Positions 36,878 through 49,200 of a stretch of 64,000 nucleotides of DNA are shown piece after piece. Source of the stretch: Asterias rubens (Eukaryota); the NCBI RefSeq assembly GCF_902459465.1, contig NC_047063.1:9982001-10046000 (forward strand), given 5' to 3'. The first letter of the stretch is position 1. Every line of letters begins with the position of its first letter. The position numbers were made by a program, and so were the translations under genes. The notes below the pieces were generated by a model. The model worked only from the letters and a program-made list of their open reading frames with translations. It did not search any database and was not told where the DNA came from.

Positions 36878-37715
36878 TCAAAGGCAATGGACACTAATGC
36901 CATGGTAATTATTTGGAATAGTTGGTAACAAGCAATGGAGAGCTGTTGATAGTATACAAAATTGTGAGAGACGGCTCCCTCTGAAGTAGCGTAGTTTTTG
37001 AGAAAGAGGTAATTTCTCACTCAAATAATAAAAGACTTCAGCTGAAGCCTTTTATTATGCATCTGAAACACACAAAGTTGTGCAGGAAGGGTGTCTTTCT
37101 TTCATTATTCTCTTGCAACTTTGAAAGCCTTAAGACAACTCGAGAGTAAAGATGATTCATAAAGATTTGTGTCAAAATGTTCACAGATTTGTTACTTTAT
37201 GCGTGTTGGGATACACCAAGTGAGAATACTGGTATTTGACCACTACCAAAAGTGTCCAAGTGCCTGGAGTTGTGCGTAATTAGACATGGTATTGGACTAT
37301 TGAGTTTGAAATGTATTATAGAGTTTTAAAGATTGGACACTAATGGTAATTTTCAACGGCCAGTCTTCTCACATGGTTTGGTGTATCAACATATGCATAA
37401 AATAACGAACCTGTGAAAAATTCAGCTCAGTTGCGAGCTAATAATGAAGTTGCGAGCTAATAATGAAAGAAAAAACGCCCTTGTCACACAAGGTTGTGTG
37501 CATTTAGATGGTTGATTTAGAGATCTCAAATTCTAAATCTGAGGTCTCGAAATCAAATTCGTGGAAAATTACGTCTTTCTTCGAAAACAATGTCACTTCA
37601 GAGGGAGCCATATTTCTCACAATGTTTTATACCATCAACCTCTCCCCATTTATACACGTCACCAAGTTAGGTTTTATGCTAAGAATTATTTTGAGTAATT
37701 ACCAATAATGTCCTT
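36878..37715. mobile_element. Two adjacent family A-related MITEs (about 36878-37265 forward, 37326-37715 reverse)
   Basis: Both carry the family A internal sequence and degenerate AGGC/AGA..GGACAC termini. Confidence 0.72.
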
Positions 37716-38622
37716 TGTTGGGTTTGTTGGAATAAACAATCCTGTTACATTTTTCTTAAACAGGGGCCATTCATCATGAGACACAATACGAAGAACAAAG
37801 CCAAGATTCATCTGGTGAAGCAGCACTGAGTCCGCCACCATATCTGTAAAAAGGAAATAATCACACAGCAAGAGGCCGTAACGTTGTGGTGAACAAAACT
37901 TGAGGTACCAATGAGGACAGACAGTCGTCTTACATTTGCATACAGTGTTCACACGAGTCTTCTGGTTGAGTAATCAGCTGCACTAATAATAAGAATGGCC
38001 ATTCATTATTTAATTATGTCAAAAGGTAGGGTAATACATTGGTAATGACCATCCACCTCAAAATAAATTGTATGATTTCTATCCGAAAGGCGAAAGGAAA
38101 CATACTGCCAAAAAAAATGTTGGGTGTGGAATTCCGTCATGGATTATAAATTGATTAGAACGCTGAGATTGAATTATAACAGGAAAGTTGTTACTTATAC
38201 TAAGGGACAGGAAAACAAAGAAACACAGTGCAGCAATGAGATTTGGGAATTCTGAATATATTCATAAGCAAAACCTCTTCTTCACAGTACTCTTTTTAAA
38301 GAGAGCCGATTGTGTATTTACCACAATGTTAGGGGCCATAATCTCTAGTTAATGAAAGAGTTAAAACTGTTTCACCACAAGCACATGATGGCTCTTCTCT
38401 AAAGTTACAGTTTAACCTGTAAGGGAGAAGAACTTGATTTATATTTCTTGTTGTGGGGTAGTTTTAAATCTTTCTAGGGGCTATGGCGAATGGATTCACC
38501 GCGCTGTGTATTATTATTGTTGGCCACATAGTTTTTTATTATACAATGTCATAAAAGTTATTTTTATATCATTAATTAATATAAAGTGTAAATTTCGTTT
38601 TGTTCGTGATCTTGTTACTAAC

Positions 38623-38869
38623 CTGGGCCCAATTTCATGGAGCTGCTAAGCACAAAAAAATGTCTAGCGTGAAATTTTTGCCTTGATAAAAACAGGAGTA
38701 CCAACCAAATGTCCACGTGATTTTCAGGACAAGCAAACAACAGTTGAATACCTGTAAAAAGCAGTATGCTACAAATGGAAATTTTGTTGGTAATCTTATT
38801 TTTATCAAGGAAGAAATTTCATGCTAAGCAAACAGTTTTGGCTTAGCAGCTCTATGAAATTGGGCCCTG
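38623..38869. mobile_element. MITE family E
   Basis: TIR GGGCCCAATTTCAT(G/A)GAGCTGCTAAGC at both ends; a lone end also occurs at about 39295-39315. Confidence 0.75.
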
Positions 38870-40019
38870 ATTGTGTGTTTGTTATCATTTTGTGCCAATT
38901 ACGGTAAAGAAAACTCCTGAACTAATCAGAGTCCAACTTCATAAAGCTGTGTGAGAATAATATAAAAAGTTGGGCATCAGAGACAAGACTGTACTCTATG
39001 TAATGTTCGCTGGTATCCTCTTTCTGTTAAAGCCATTGGACACTTTCTGAACAGAACAAAAATTTGAAGTTCACAGATTTACAAATAACTTACAGGGTTT
39101 ACAGAAGGTAATGGTTAAAGACTTCCCTTGAAATGTTATTCCATGAATTGCTTTACTTTTTGAGAAAACATCGAAACAATTATCAATTCTCGATATGGAG
39201 AAAAGCGGATTTATTTTAAACACATGTCATGACACGGCGAAATGTGCGGAAACAATGGTTGCTTTAATAAGCAATACTTTTCTGTGTTTACATGCTTTAT
39301 GAAATTGGGCCCTGATCATGGGGCTATGATTTAAAAGTTATTTGAATGTGATGTTTAAGGGAATTTTTCTGACTTTGGATTTTCTCATTAAATCATAATA
39401 CTATCTGTGAGCAAATACCCATAATCTTTACCTCTTGTGTCTATCAAGGTTTTCTCTTGTCATTGGTGGAAAATAATTAGCGTCACCAATTATAATCAAC
39501 AAAATATGCTGCACTTATTAGCCGACAGCACTCAGGAGTGGCAGAAACTTTTGCCATTAACTGATTATCATCATTTGTTTTCCTAGTCAGATTATTTTAT
39601 GCGAGTTGTGGATTTTGGTAAAAATGGATGTGGAATAAATTTGATTGTTTATGAAAAAATTGTGCACCGAGTCAGTATTAAATTAATGATGTTAAAAGTA
39701 ATTGGACATACACCATGGTAATCACTCAGAAATTAAAGTCATGGCTTAATTAAGGATTGTTGGACGATGGTCCAATATTGTACACTAGCTGCCCCCCTTT
39801 GACTGACTAATTCCACCCAAGACGACCAAGCGCGACATTACAGGTTCGCTTACCCTTCAAAACAACACTATTTTCCTTGCTGAAGAGTGGTACAGATTGA
39901 TCAAGAAATTTCCAGTCCATCGAGAGGCAATGCAAGGAATTAAGTGAGCACCCTCTGCTGGTGTAAACCTATTACCCCCCCCCCCCCCATCTCCCACACG
40001 GCAGAGTTGGTTCTTGTCA

Positions 40020-40190
40020 TTGATTAGCTTAGTGTGCTTCATACTTGGCTGTATGCTCGCTCCCGAGGGAGCTGAGATGGTTTAGGGAATGATTTAAGGC
40101 TCAGTAACCCGGGTTATACTGTTGAAGCATCATCAGTGTCACTGCATGACGGACCTGAGCACGATATAAGAAGCCACTATTATTACTATT
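40020..40190 (+). mobile_element. SINE-like 3' fragment
   Basis: ggctgtatgctc..cccgagggagctgagatgg...gcacgatataagaagccactattattact tail. Confidence 0.35.
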
Positions 40191-40332
40191 ATCCTCGGTT
40201 TTCTGAATGTTTTTAGGCATGTGGTGTATTTGTTTTTTTAAAGTAAACTTTAACCCCAAAAAGTTGGGATGGGAAAAGTTCCATTCAAGTCACCCTGTAG
40301 ATATTTTATTTTGATTATCATAAAAACAATTC

Positions 40333-40464
40333 GGGTAACTTTCCGTATGGCGCCACCACTTTTTCACTCATTTTCACAAAAAGGGATATATCAATGAGGT
40401 AAATTAGATACTATATTATTTCATATCGAATGAAAAAGTGGTGGCGCCATGCGGAAACTTTTCC
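40333..40464. mobile_element. Small palindromic MITE family F; half copy at about 36535-36600
   Basis: ttccgtatggcgccaccactttttca...tgaaaaagtggtggcgccatgcggaa. Confidence 0.7.
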
Positions 40465-41328
40465 AAAATTCTTACAGTCTTGCTATTTTGTGCGAGTTGT
40501 GGATAACTGTGTTTGTGGAATTAACTGGATTGTTTATGACGAACAAAAAAATTGTGCACTGAGTCGCATTATTAATGATGTTTTGCATAAAATTGAAGGT
40601 GGATTTAGTAAAATGTGTTTGTCAATAAATGACCAGTATAGGCCTTAGGACCCATGAGTTACTTATGAGAACTTTAATTCAAATCAGGCGACACTTTGAG
40701 AGAAAAACATGTGCAAAGCAACTTGTTTTTAATCCAAGAACATTTTTGAGTTCACTGGCGATAGCCCATTATTAAAGACCCTTTAATTCAAGAGCCTTTG
40801 GCTGCATTGTTGAGAGTAATACAATTTTTCCAATGAGTCTGGTGGCCAATTTACTTATTTTGGAGCCTATCAAAAACACCATCATCGGCTGACCTCCAAA
40901 CGAAGTTTAGTTGTCATACAAATCTTGTTTGTTTGTTTAAGGAGGCTGAGAGAGTTCTAATTATTTTGAAAGTATTTTTAAAAGTTTTGTTTAGCACTTG
41001 TATGTATTTATTTACTTTGACGTGCGCCACCAATTGTCGGTAAATAATTAGTTGGCGCCATTATGAAAAACATTATTTAAAGATGGCGACTTCCGTGGAT
41101 ATGATGGAACAACGAAAACACGAATGGTAATTATGCAACCATAGATTATTAATTGAACCTCGTTTGTACTGTGACTGAAAGCCTTCTGATTCTCATTACA
41201 CGCACAAATTTCTGACCGAAGCTAGTAACCCCACTTCTGTAGCTAAACTACTAAAGCCAGCTAAAATAGGGACCGATTTCATCCAGCCAGGACGAGGGCT
41301 AGTTAATTAATAAATAATACTATAAATA

Positions 41329-41990
41329 GGAATGCTGGTCATCTCGCCACCTGACAAGCTCGCCACCAACAAAGTCGCCCCCTGCAAAGTCGCCCCCTAC
41401 CCGGCTCGCCCCGGGTTAAAACAAAGTCGCCCCCCTGGCAATGTCGCCCCCAAACAATGTCGCCCCCTAGCAAAGTCGCCCCCAGATGTTGTTCGGAAAA
41501 TAATTAGGGCTACAATAATTATGGTAAATAAATATAGTTAAAACATTTTCAGAAAAATTTCCGTATGAAGTAATGTGCTTGTGGAAGGTCTAATTAATAG
41601 GGCCTATCTATTGAAAATCTACTCTGTAAATTATGTTAAATTTAATACAGGTTTCCTGGTCATTAACCCTAACCCTAACCCGAACCCGAACCCTAACCCT
41701 AACCCTAACTATAAAGTAGGCTTTACTTTATATTCTTTCCGATACAAAAATTAAGCCATTATATTACTGAAAGAATCCTTAACTATTTTCTGGGGGCGAC
41801 TTTGCTAGGGGCCACATTGGCTGGGGGCGACATTGTCAGGGAGCGACTTTGCTAGGGGGCGACATTGTTTGGGGGCGACATTGTCAAGGGCGACTTTGTA
41901 ACAACTCGGGACGAGCCGGTTAGGGGGCGACTTTGCAGGGGGCGACTTTGTTGGTGGCGAGCTTGCTAGGTGGCGAGATGACCAGCCTCC
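41329..41990. mobile_element. TA-flanked non-autonomous element with long TIRs built of AAGTCGCCCC units and a central telomere-like tract
   Basis: Termini GGA..GCTGGTCATCTCGCCACCT mirrored at both ends; TA at 41327-41328 and 41991-41992; arms about 41337-41490 and 41790-41982; (T/G)AACCC x7 at 41664-41705. Confidence 0.8.
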
Positions 41991-43124
41991 TATAAGAGTA
42001 TAGTAGTCACAAAAACATTCGGTCAACCGACCGATATCATATGGTTGTTCGTTGTGTGCACACACACATGACACACAGTGTGTCAGAACATATGAATTGC
42101 AATATTGAATAGAAAAACCTGGTTTTGAGTAGCAACTGATACATCTTGTGTAGCATTTTGCTCTGCAATGAATGCAAAGTGTTACAATACAATACATTAT
42201 ACAAGCATGACAAGAGAAATAGTTTCATGCAAGCTGATGTTGTGATGTGTGATGATTCATTCCCATTGGTGAGCTTTGAAAAATCTCACGCATAGCTGGC
42301 CCTGGACTTTGCATCTCTGCGGTACGTTCGAATAGCTTTGACGGGGCTCACCCCGGTCAGTGCCCTGCTTGTGGAGTGGGTCACTTGGGGATACTTCTAG
42401 AAACTGTAAGGCTCCCCTGTGAGCCTTAGGGGTCTAGTATTTGGGGCCTCCGTAACGCTATACGTTTTTCAAATCGGCGTTGATAGGTGAAAGTTTTACG
42501 ACTGTTAGCCAGCCATAACTGAAGTTTCTTTTGTACTACACTACCAAAACTTTCCCCACATACTCAATATACATTCATAATGCTTGTATTTCCTTTTTGT
42601 TGAGTGAAATAAAAAAAATTCTGCCGCATCGCACGTTTTTTGACTTCTCAGTATGCTCAACGCTTTATCTTTTGGTCACTCGACAACCAAGCGCTGTACA
42701 CCAGCCTACTCGCCGAACTGCTGAGCCACGACCGAGTTGGCCAAATTTTGTTGCTTTTTTCGAAATTTGATATACCCCTTGTTGCTTTTTAGGGAAAAAT
42801 TTGATAAGCACACCAGCCTTGTTGCTTTTTAGGGAAAAGTTTGTTGCAATTTCAGAGCATTTTGTTTTTTTGCATTTTCAGAATTTGAGAAGTACACACT
42901 CATAGCCTTGTTGCATTGTATTGTAGGACAAAATTTGAAAGTTTTGTCGAGTGAACATTCATGTTAGAATTGCTGTATATCTTTATTTAAATCGTCGGGC
43001 ATATCGTATGTTGAATGAAAATGTCAAAATTGATGTCAGACAGTGTGTACCGCCTTCGGTTCACCCACCCACCCACACTACATCATGCCCACAGCGCTGC
43101 ACGGTAGCATGCCCACAGTGCTGC

Positions 43125-43255
43125 NNNNNNNNNNNNNNNNNNNNNNNNNNNNNNNNNNNNNNNNNNNNNNNNNNNNNNNNNNNNNNNNNNNNNNNNNNNN
43201 NNNNNNNNNNNNNNNNNNNNNNNNNNNNNNNNNNNNNNNNNNNNNNNNNNNNNNN
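43125..43255. other. Assembly gap (131 N)
   Basis: Run of n characters. Confidence 1.
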
Positions 43256-46200
43256 CGTATGATGTTAAATAAAATTTTCGAAATGCCAGACAGTCACAGT
43301 GTGTACCACCGCCTGGTGGTTCACCCATTCGCACCCATTCACACCACACTGCAGCATGCCACAGTGCAGTCCCATGAGCACGTACATGTACACGTACATA
43401 TACTATGCCGCATGTTGCCGTCCGTAGTATAGGTAGGTAGAGCAAGGCCTTGCTTTATGGTGCTGAATGGCCACTCGACCGGCACAACTATATTCAGTCA
43501 TTTTTCTACCGGCTGTACTGTACTTCCCATGTGTGTCGTGTGTCAGCACGGCGTGTATTCTAGCGGCTAATTAGGTATTAGTTAGTGGACCGATTGAGCT
43601 TCCTCCAAAAATGAAGTCTGCCCAGAGGTATGGTTTATCCGATTCTGTAATAATTTGTCATCTTTTATGCAATATAAATGATTTACCATGGTTTTCGTTA
43701 ATTGCCGCGGCTAATTGCTGGTTAATATGCAACCAATCAATATAATTCTACCTCTAAGTTTGCTCACTGTTGTGTTGTTCAGAATTGTGAAAAAGATTAC
43801 TCTCAATCACATACAAATAAAAAGTTCGTTAAAACTTTAGAGGATTGGAGGATTTCCACCGCCTTTTACTGCATATGTTCTATTTCCCTAATTTTCGGGC
43901 CAGGAATCGGGCCAGAAGTCAGGCCAGAAACTCGGCTAGCTTCAGCTCGGTGGGGGAGCGAGCGGGGTTGAATAGTTGAATGCACCATGTACACTATGAC
44001 TACATTTACAGAACGTACGTGAGAACGAGTCCGGTGTGATTGGTATTTCCATTGATCTGGGTATACCAAGTATTTCTTTGTCGCAGCGCCAAGCATCGTG
44101 TCTCTGTAACATCGTCATCCCGGCAGCTAGTGTGTGCAGCCACAGACAACATTAAGGTAGCGATTTCTTGAGGCAATGTTGGTTTTCTAGTGTTACAAGA
44201 GTTACTAGTGTTATCTTCGTCCTTATCTTCAGTGCCAGTGTTGCTTGAGGTCTTGAGTAAGGTGATCCATTTGCAGCACACATTTGACTAAACTGGGATG
44301 CATAGCCTACACAGTAAAGAGACGCACCAGCCTGTAACAATCGTAAGTTATGTTAGTTGATCATATCCAAAAATCATGAAGATTATTTTTGAACTGAGCG
44401 TATGATTGTTTGAATGAAATATGTTTCCAAGATTTATTTAGAGACGTTAAGGCCTTTATCCAAAAACCTAATTGACTGTGATGTGAGGCTCTGTGGGGCA
44501 ACGTCAGACATAGCGGATAGCCGATGTTTGCAAAAACCACCCTCATACACAAATACCAGGGTTAAATCCAGTGTTGTAAAGAGTTTATTTTTTTGCAAAT
44601 ACCTTATCCTGTCTGTCACTTACAAACCTGCGAATCTAAAATTTCTCAATGCTCATAGTGTAACCATCGTGTGCTGTATTTGGTTGATGTTTCTCGAGAC
44701 TCTTGATGCTATTTCTCTAAATAATGCCAGTGTACCGATATTTCAGTTCTCAAATTGTTCACAACGGCTGTTTAATTCTTTGCACGCTATCGGCGACCAC
44801 AGTCGCTGAGCGTATTTATTCCCTGCGCGCTGTCAGCGACTCCAGTCGCCCAGCAGTACTGCAAGTAAATAGATGAGGATTTCTGGGAAACTATTGACCC
44901 CTGACCCTCATCCAGCTGCATGTATCTAGCTGTACATGTATGCAACGATGTTTCATCTGGAAAAAACGATCTTTTGTCCCAAATTTTCTCACAATTTCCG
45001 ATCAAAAAGCTGTACGCTAAGACAAAATGGGGACACAATAGACGTCCATGCAGCATTTCTGGAAAATTTTAAGGACTCAGACTCCGGAGAATCAGACTTT
45101 AAAGAGCTTTTTTGAGAGATTCTGATGTGTTGAGAATGCTGTACGTGTACTGTGTACGTGTACTGTGTATATGTCAACGATAACGATGTACATGAACACG
45201 ACAATGAGTCGGATGGCAGCAGCGATGGGTCTGGATCGGACGATGGCCCCGATAAAAATCGACAGCAACTAGGCTTGGCGGCCGGTGATAGAATAGTGGT
45301 AATGAAACCAGCGTATCTCGGTTATTCTTTATCCAAAAAACATAATGTTTACTGCATTAGATGGGAAATAAAATACCGAGTATAAACTTATTTTGCAATT
45401 TAGCCCAAAACACTTTCTTCACAGAGTAAAGGTCTTGAGGAAAAATGTATGTGCATTTTAGTAGCCCCACACAGGAAATTCCAGGGGAATACTGTGTGTA
45501 CAGCCTCGTAGCGTGCTAAGGGTTAAAACAGTTGGGGTCGTTGCCTTGTCACACGGCAACGACCCGGCAAGGTTTTAATTTGAAACTAAAGAACAAGTCA
45601 TTACTCCTTTATTCCCATTCATAAATGCCTTTTTGGTTAAAAGGCTTAATTAAGTAAGACACTCATCTGTAAGACAACTTATCCGTTTCCGACGTGCTTG
45701 AGCTCTGTGTGTACATGTATGACGTTCTCGTTTTCCTTTCACACACAGCACGGCCAGCTCACCGACAGCACCCACATAGCCCGTAACAAGAATTGTCCTG
45801 CTCCAAGACTAGCGTGTAGTATCCCACTACAACTGGTTTTAAACAGAGCTCCAGCTGGTCATTATCAACCGTTTAAACACCACCACTTGACGCACTCTCC
45901 CACCAATAGGAATAGCGAAACTGTCTGAGGTATTTATGAATATTTATTTATAATTAATTCTTATTTCTCCACACCATGCTTCAAACAATACTTACTCTGA
46001 AATATTGTCTTAAAATTAATGTTGTTCTTTCTCTGCTAATTGTCTCCGGGCTAATGCTGCACAAATCGTTCAGTACCTGCAGAATTTCGAAACCTGAAGA
46101 GTTTTAATTAACCGATGAGTCCCTGGAGCCAGTTGTGCTGTGTCTGGGAAATGACTGTAGCACATTTCAAAAACAAACAGATCAGAACTTTTTTTTTTTT

Positions 46201-49200
46201 CTTTTTTACTTTTCCATGGTTGGTTGTTTTGCTAATTTTTTGTTTACCTGTCACAGTCCTGCCAATCTAAAACTTTTCAATGCTCAAATATTACTGATGT
46301 TGTGCTGTGATTGTTTTCCGAGGTTCATGATGTTTATTTCTCTACATTTTGCCAATGTACGATATTTCAGCTCTCGGATTGTTCCCGAAGTGGATGTTGT
46401 AATATTTATTTTCCCCAAGCATATTGTGCCATCTCTCAAAGACTTGCCAACCTAATGATTTTCTTCATTATCTCGATTGACAGATTGATTGAATTTATTC
46501 GCGTAAAAACATGTAAAAAATGCATAATACACAACAAAAATGGGAAAAAGACAATGAAATAAGATAAACATAAATGGAGCATAAGATAAAAATACGATAA
46601 AAAAAATATCCGAGGATAACCACAAAAAGCCAATATCTTAGGCTCAAAAATTGGCAACAACATCAACAAGAAATTGAAGTAACAAAAACAGACAAATCTA
46701 GCAAGTGCAACAGGAAGAATCATGTGAAACAAAGCAAGAAAACACCAAATAAATAAATAAAGAAATAAGTAAATAATTAGTTAATTAAATTTAATCAATA
46801 ACAAACATATCGTGTAACTCACAAACCTACCGATCTAAAAATTCTCAATGTTAAAATTATTACTGATGTGCTGTACTCGGGTTGATATTTCTGGAAACTC
46901 ATGTCTATTTCTCTAAATGTGGCCAGTATACCGATATTTCAGCTCTCAAATTGTCAACAAGTGGATGTTATATTTATTTTCCCCACGCATGTTGTGCCGT
47001 CTCACTCAAAGACTATGACGTCACACGTAGCAAGGCACCTTATACCGCATACACTCTACAGTTGCCTTCCAGAAATTGGTTCCGCGTTGGTTTCACGTGT
47101 TTTATTTGGGATGCAGCAGCAAACATCCACTGTGATGATTTTTTCTGCACGCAATGCAAGTATATCGCGATCGCTGTGTGCTACATTTTTTTTTCGGAAT
47201 TCAGTGTTTATCTCTGGTGTATTCAGGTATTCGTACGCTAAGTTCATTAACTGGTTTATGTTCTTTTCATGTTCTTTTTAAATCTCAAGTCGATTTTTAA
47301 ATTTTGTTGTTTGTTTTCACCTTATATTATAAATTCTCCCAGAATTTTGTTTTCCATACACACGTTTTGTTTTTGCCATCTGGAAAAACTTAATGGTACT
47401 GTCTTTCGTTAGCCCTTATTTTTTTCTGCCAAAGATCGTTTGCAACTTCCTTTGACCTGTGTCCTAGTTTTTAAGTGTATTATTCTTTATTGTTTACACA
47501 AATTAAACAACCTATACTAAAAGCTATATACAAACATACAATACAAATACTTTGAAAAAGTCAATTATTCCTAACATGATTAGTCAGTTTAAATTAAGCA
47601 AACAAACACTAGTGTGAATTATGATTTTGATTAATTAATGAATTAATTAATTTTGTTAAAATAAATACAAAATACAAAATATCAGCTGAACATTAAGTAA
47701 AAAGTTTTAGCTTGTTCTTAAAATATGATTCAAAAATTGCCTCTTCATTAAATTTTTTGTTAGTCTTTAAACCACATTCTGTATCAGAAGTATCACAGCA
47801 ATTAAAGGGCTGCGCAACATTTTGTGGAAAAACTTGTACTCCATTATTTGTACTTAAAATAATTTCAGATGATTTTAAGGGTCCAAGAAATGTCTCTGAA
47901 ATGGCCTTAGATTGCACCAGAGAGCATCACGACATAAAATTTCTAATGCTGCCCGGTCCCTAAAGACTTCCTCACCTATAGTGTTTTTAAATCCTCAAAT
48001 ACTATTCTCAAGCAAATGTTCCACAATGAGCAAGTTGTTCAGTAGGCTTACCATAGAACTTCCAGACCCAAAGAGTTGTCAAATTATAAAGTGTTTCTTG
48101 AAGCCAGTGTGACAATCATCTCTGAAATGACCCAAGCACAATTCAAAAAAGCTTTTTTTCTTACCTAAACTTTTCCTGAGATGATTTTGTGCTATTCATT
48201 CGCAAACCTGATTATCTGAAAATAAAACTGATTTGTGTTTAGTTGTTCAAATTTTAGCCAACGTTGTGGTTGATGTTGCTTGAGGCTCACTTGCCAATTT
48301 ACTGATGTTTTACCTTAAAGAAGTTTTACAAGCAGATGTTGTGATCTTTAATTTTCTCCATGCATCCTGGCATATCCTGAAAGACAACCTAACTCGCAAA
48401 CTGTTTCCCAGTGCTGGCCCAACTCTCAAAAGCCAATATTTACCATCTAACACTGTGATTGATGTATGTCTTGATTCGGTTTCTGTTGCCATGCTGGTTG
48501 TTTCTTTGACAGATGATGAAAGTCTAACAACTTGAAACATGTCTAGAAACTCACTGCAGGCTATCCATGTGACTGTAAAGGTTGTGCTATCAAGAAACTC
48601 ACAGCTTCACTCCAACCACTGTATAGTTCATCCATGTGACGGCGACTATTATCTTTAATGGGTAAGTCTTGAAGTTTTATCCCATATCTACACTCAATTC
48701 CAACTTTACTTTGTCTCATCAAACAAACTTGTCCCGTGCACAGAAGTCATATCTCTCAATTTTGTTTTACCTGATCCAGTCCTCAGACACTTGCAACTAC
48801 CAAAAAATTAGTTTTTCACTTTAAATTATTGTTCCCAGGCTGATTTTGTGTTATTTCTGAAATTTTACCAAAGTTTGTGCCATTCTTTAAAAATAAAACT
48901 CTCATTTGTTTCAAATTTAATTAGTTGTTATCTCTTGGGATCCTTCCTTTTAATTGAATTTTATCAAATTTGCCAATATAATCAAGGGCCGATCCTAGGG
49001 GGCCAACCCGGGCCATGCCCTCCCCCCCCCCCCCCTCCTCAACTGTGAGGAATGTAACATTTTGTGCCCGAAATAGAGGATATATTGACAGTTCAAAGAA
49101 CTGACTAATCAGACAACCCTGGATGTAATCAAAAGATTTCCTTTGCCTCCTTAGGACATACCAGCTTCTATTAACTGTTTTTCCCTGAATGCCATTTGGA

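Noticed and set aside
37750-37845. Minus-strand exon reading DMVADSVLLHQMNLGFVLRIVSHDEWPLFKKN
   Set aside because: It has a good acceptor, but I found no neighbouring minus-strand exons. The plus-strand reading joins in phase with 36641-36775, so that was preferred; neither is proven.
41664-41709. True telomere or chromosome fusion site
   Set aside because: Only seven units, in one orientation, embedded inside a TIR element.
41332-42197. Mirror ORFs with repeated KSPP/VAP motifs
   Set aside because: Translations of the tandem units in the transposon arms.
44006-44281. 91-aa minus-strand ORF with an acidic stretch
   Set aside because: No recognisable domain, no convincing splice partners and no ATG start.
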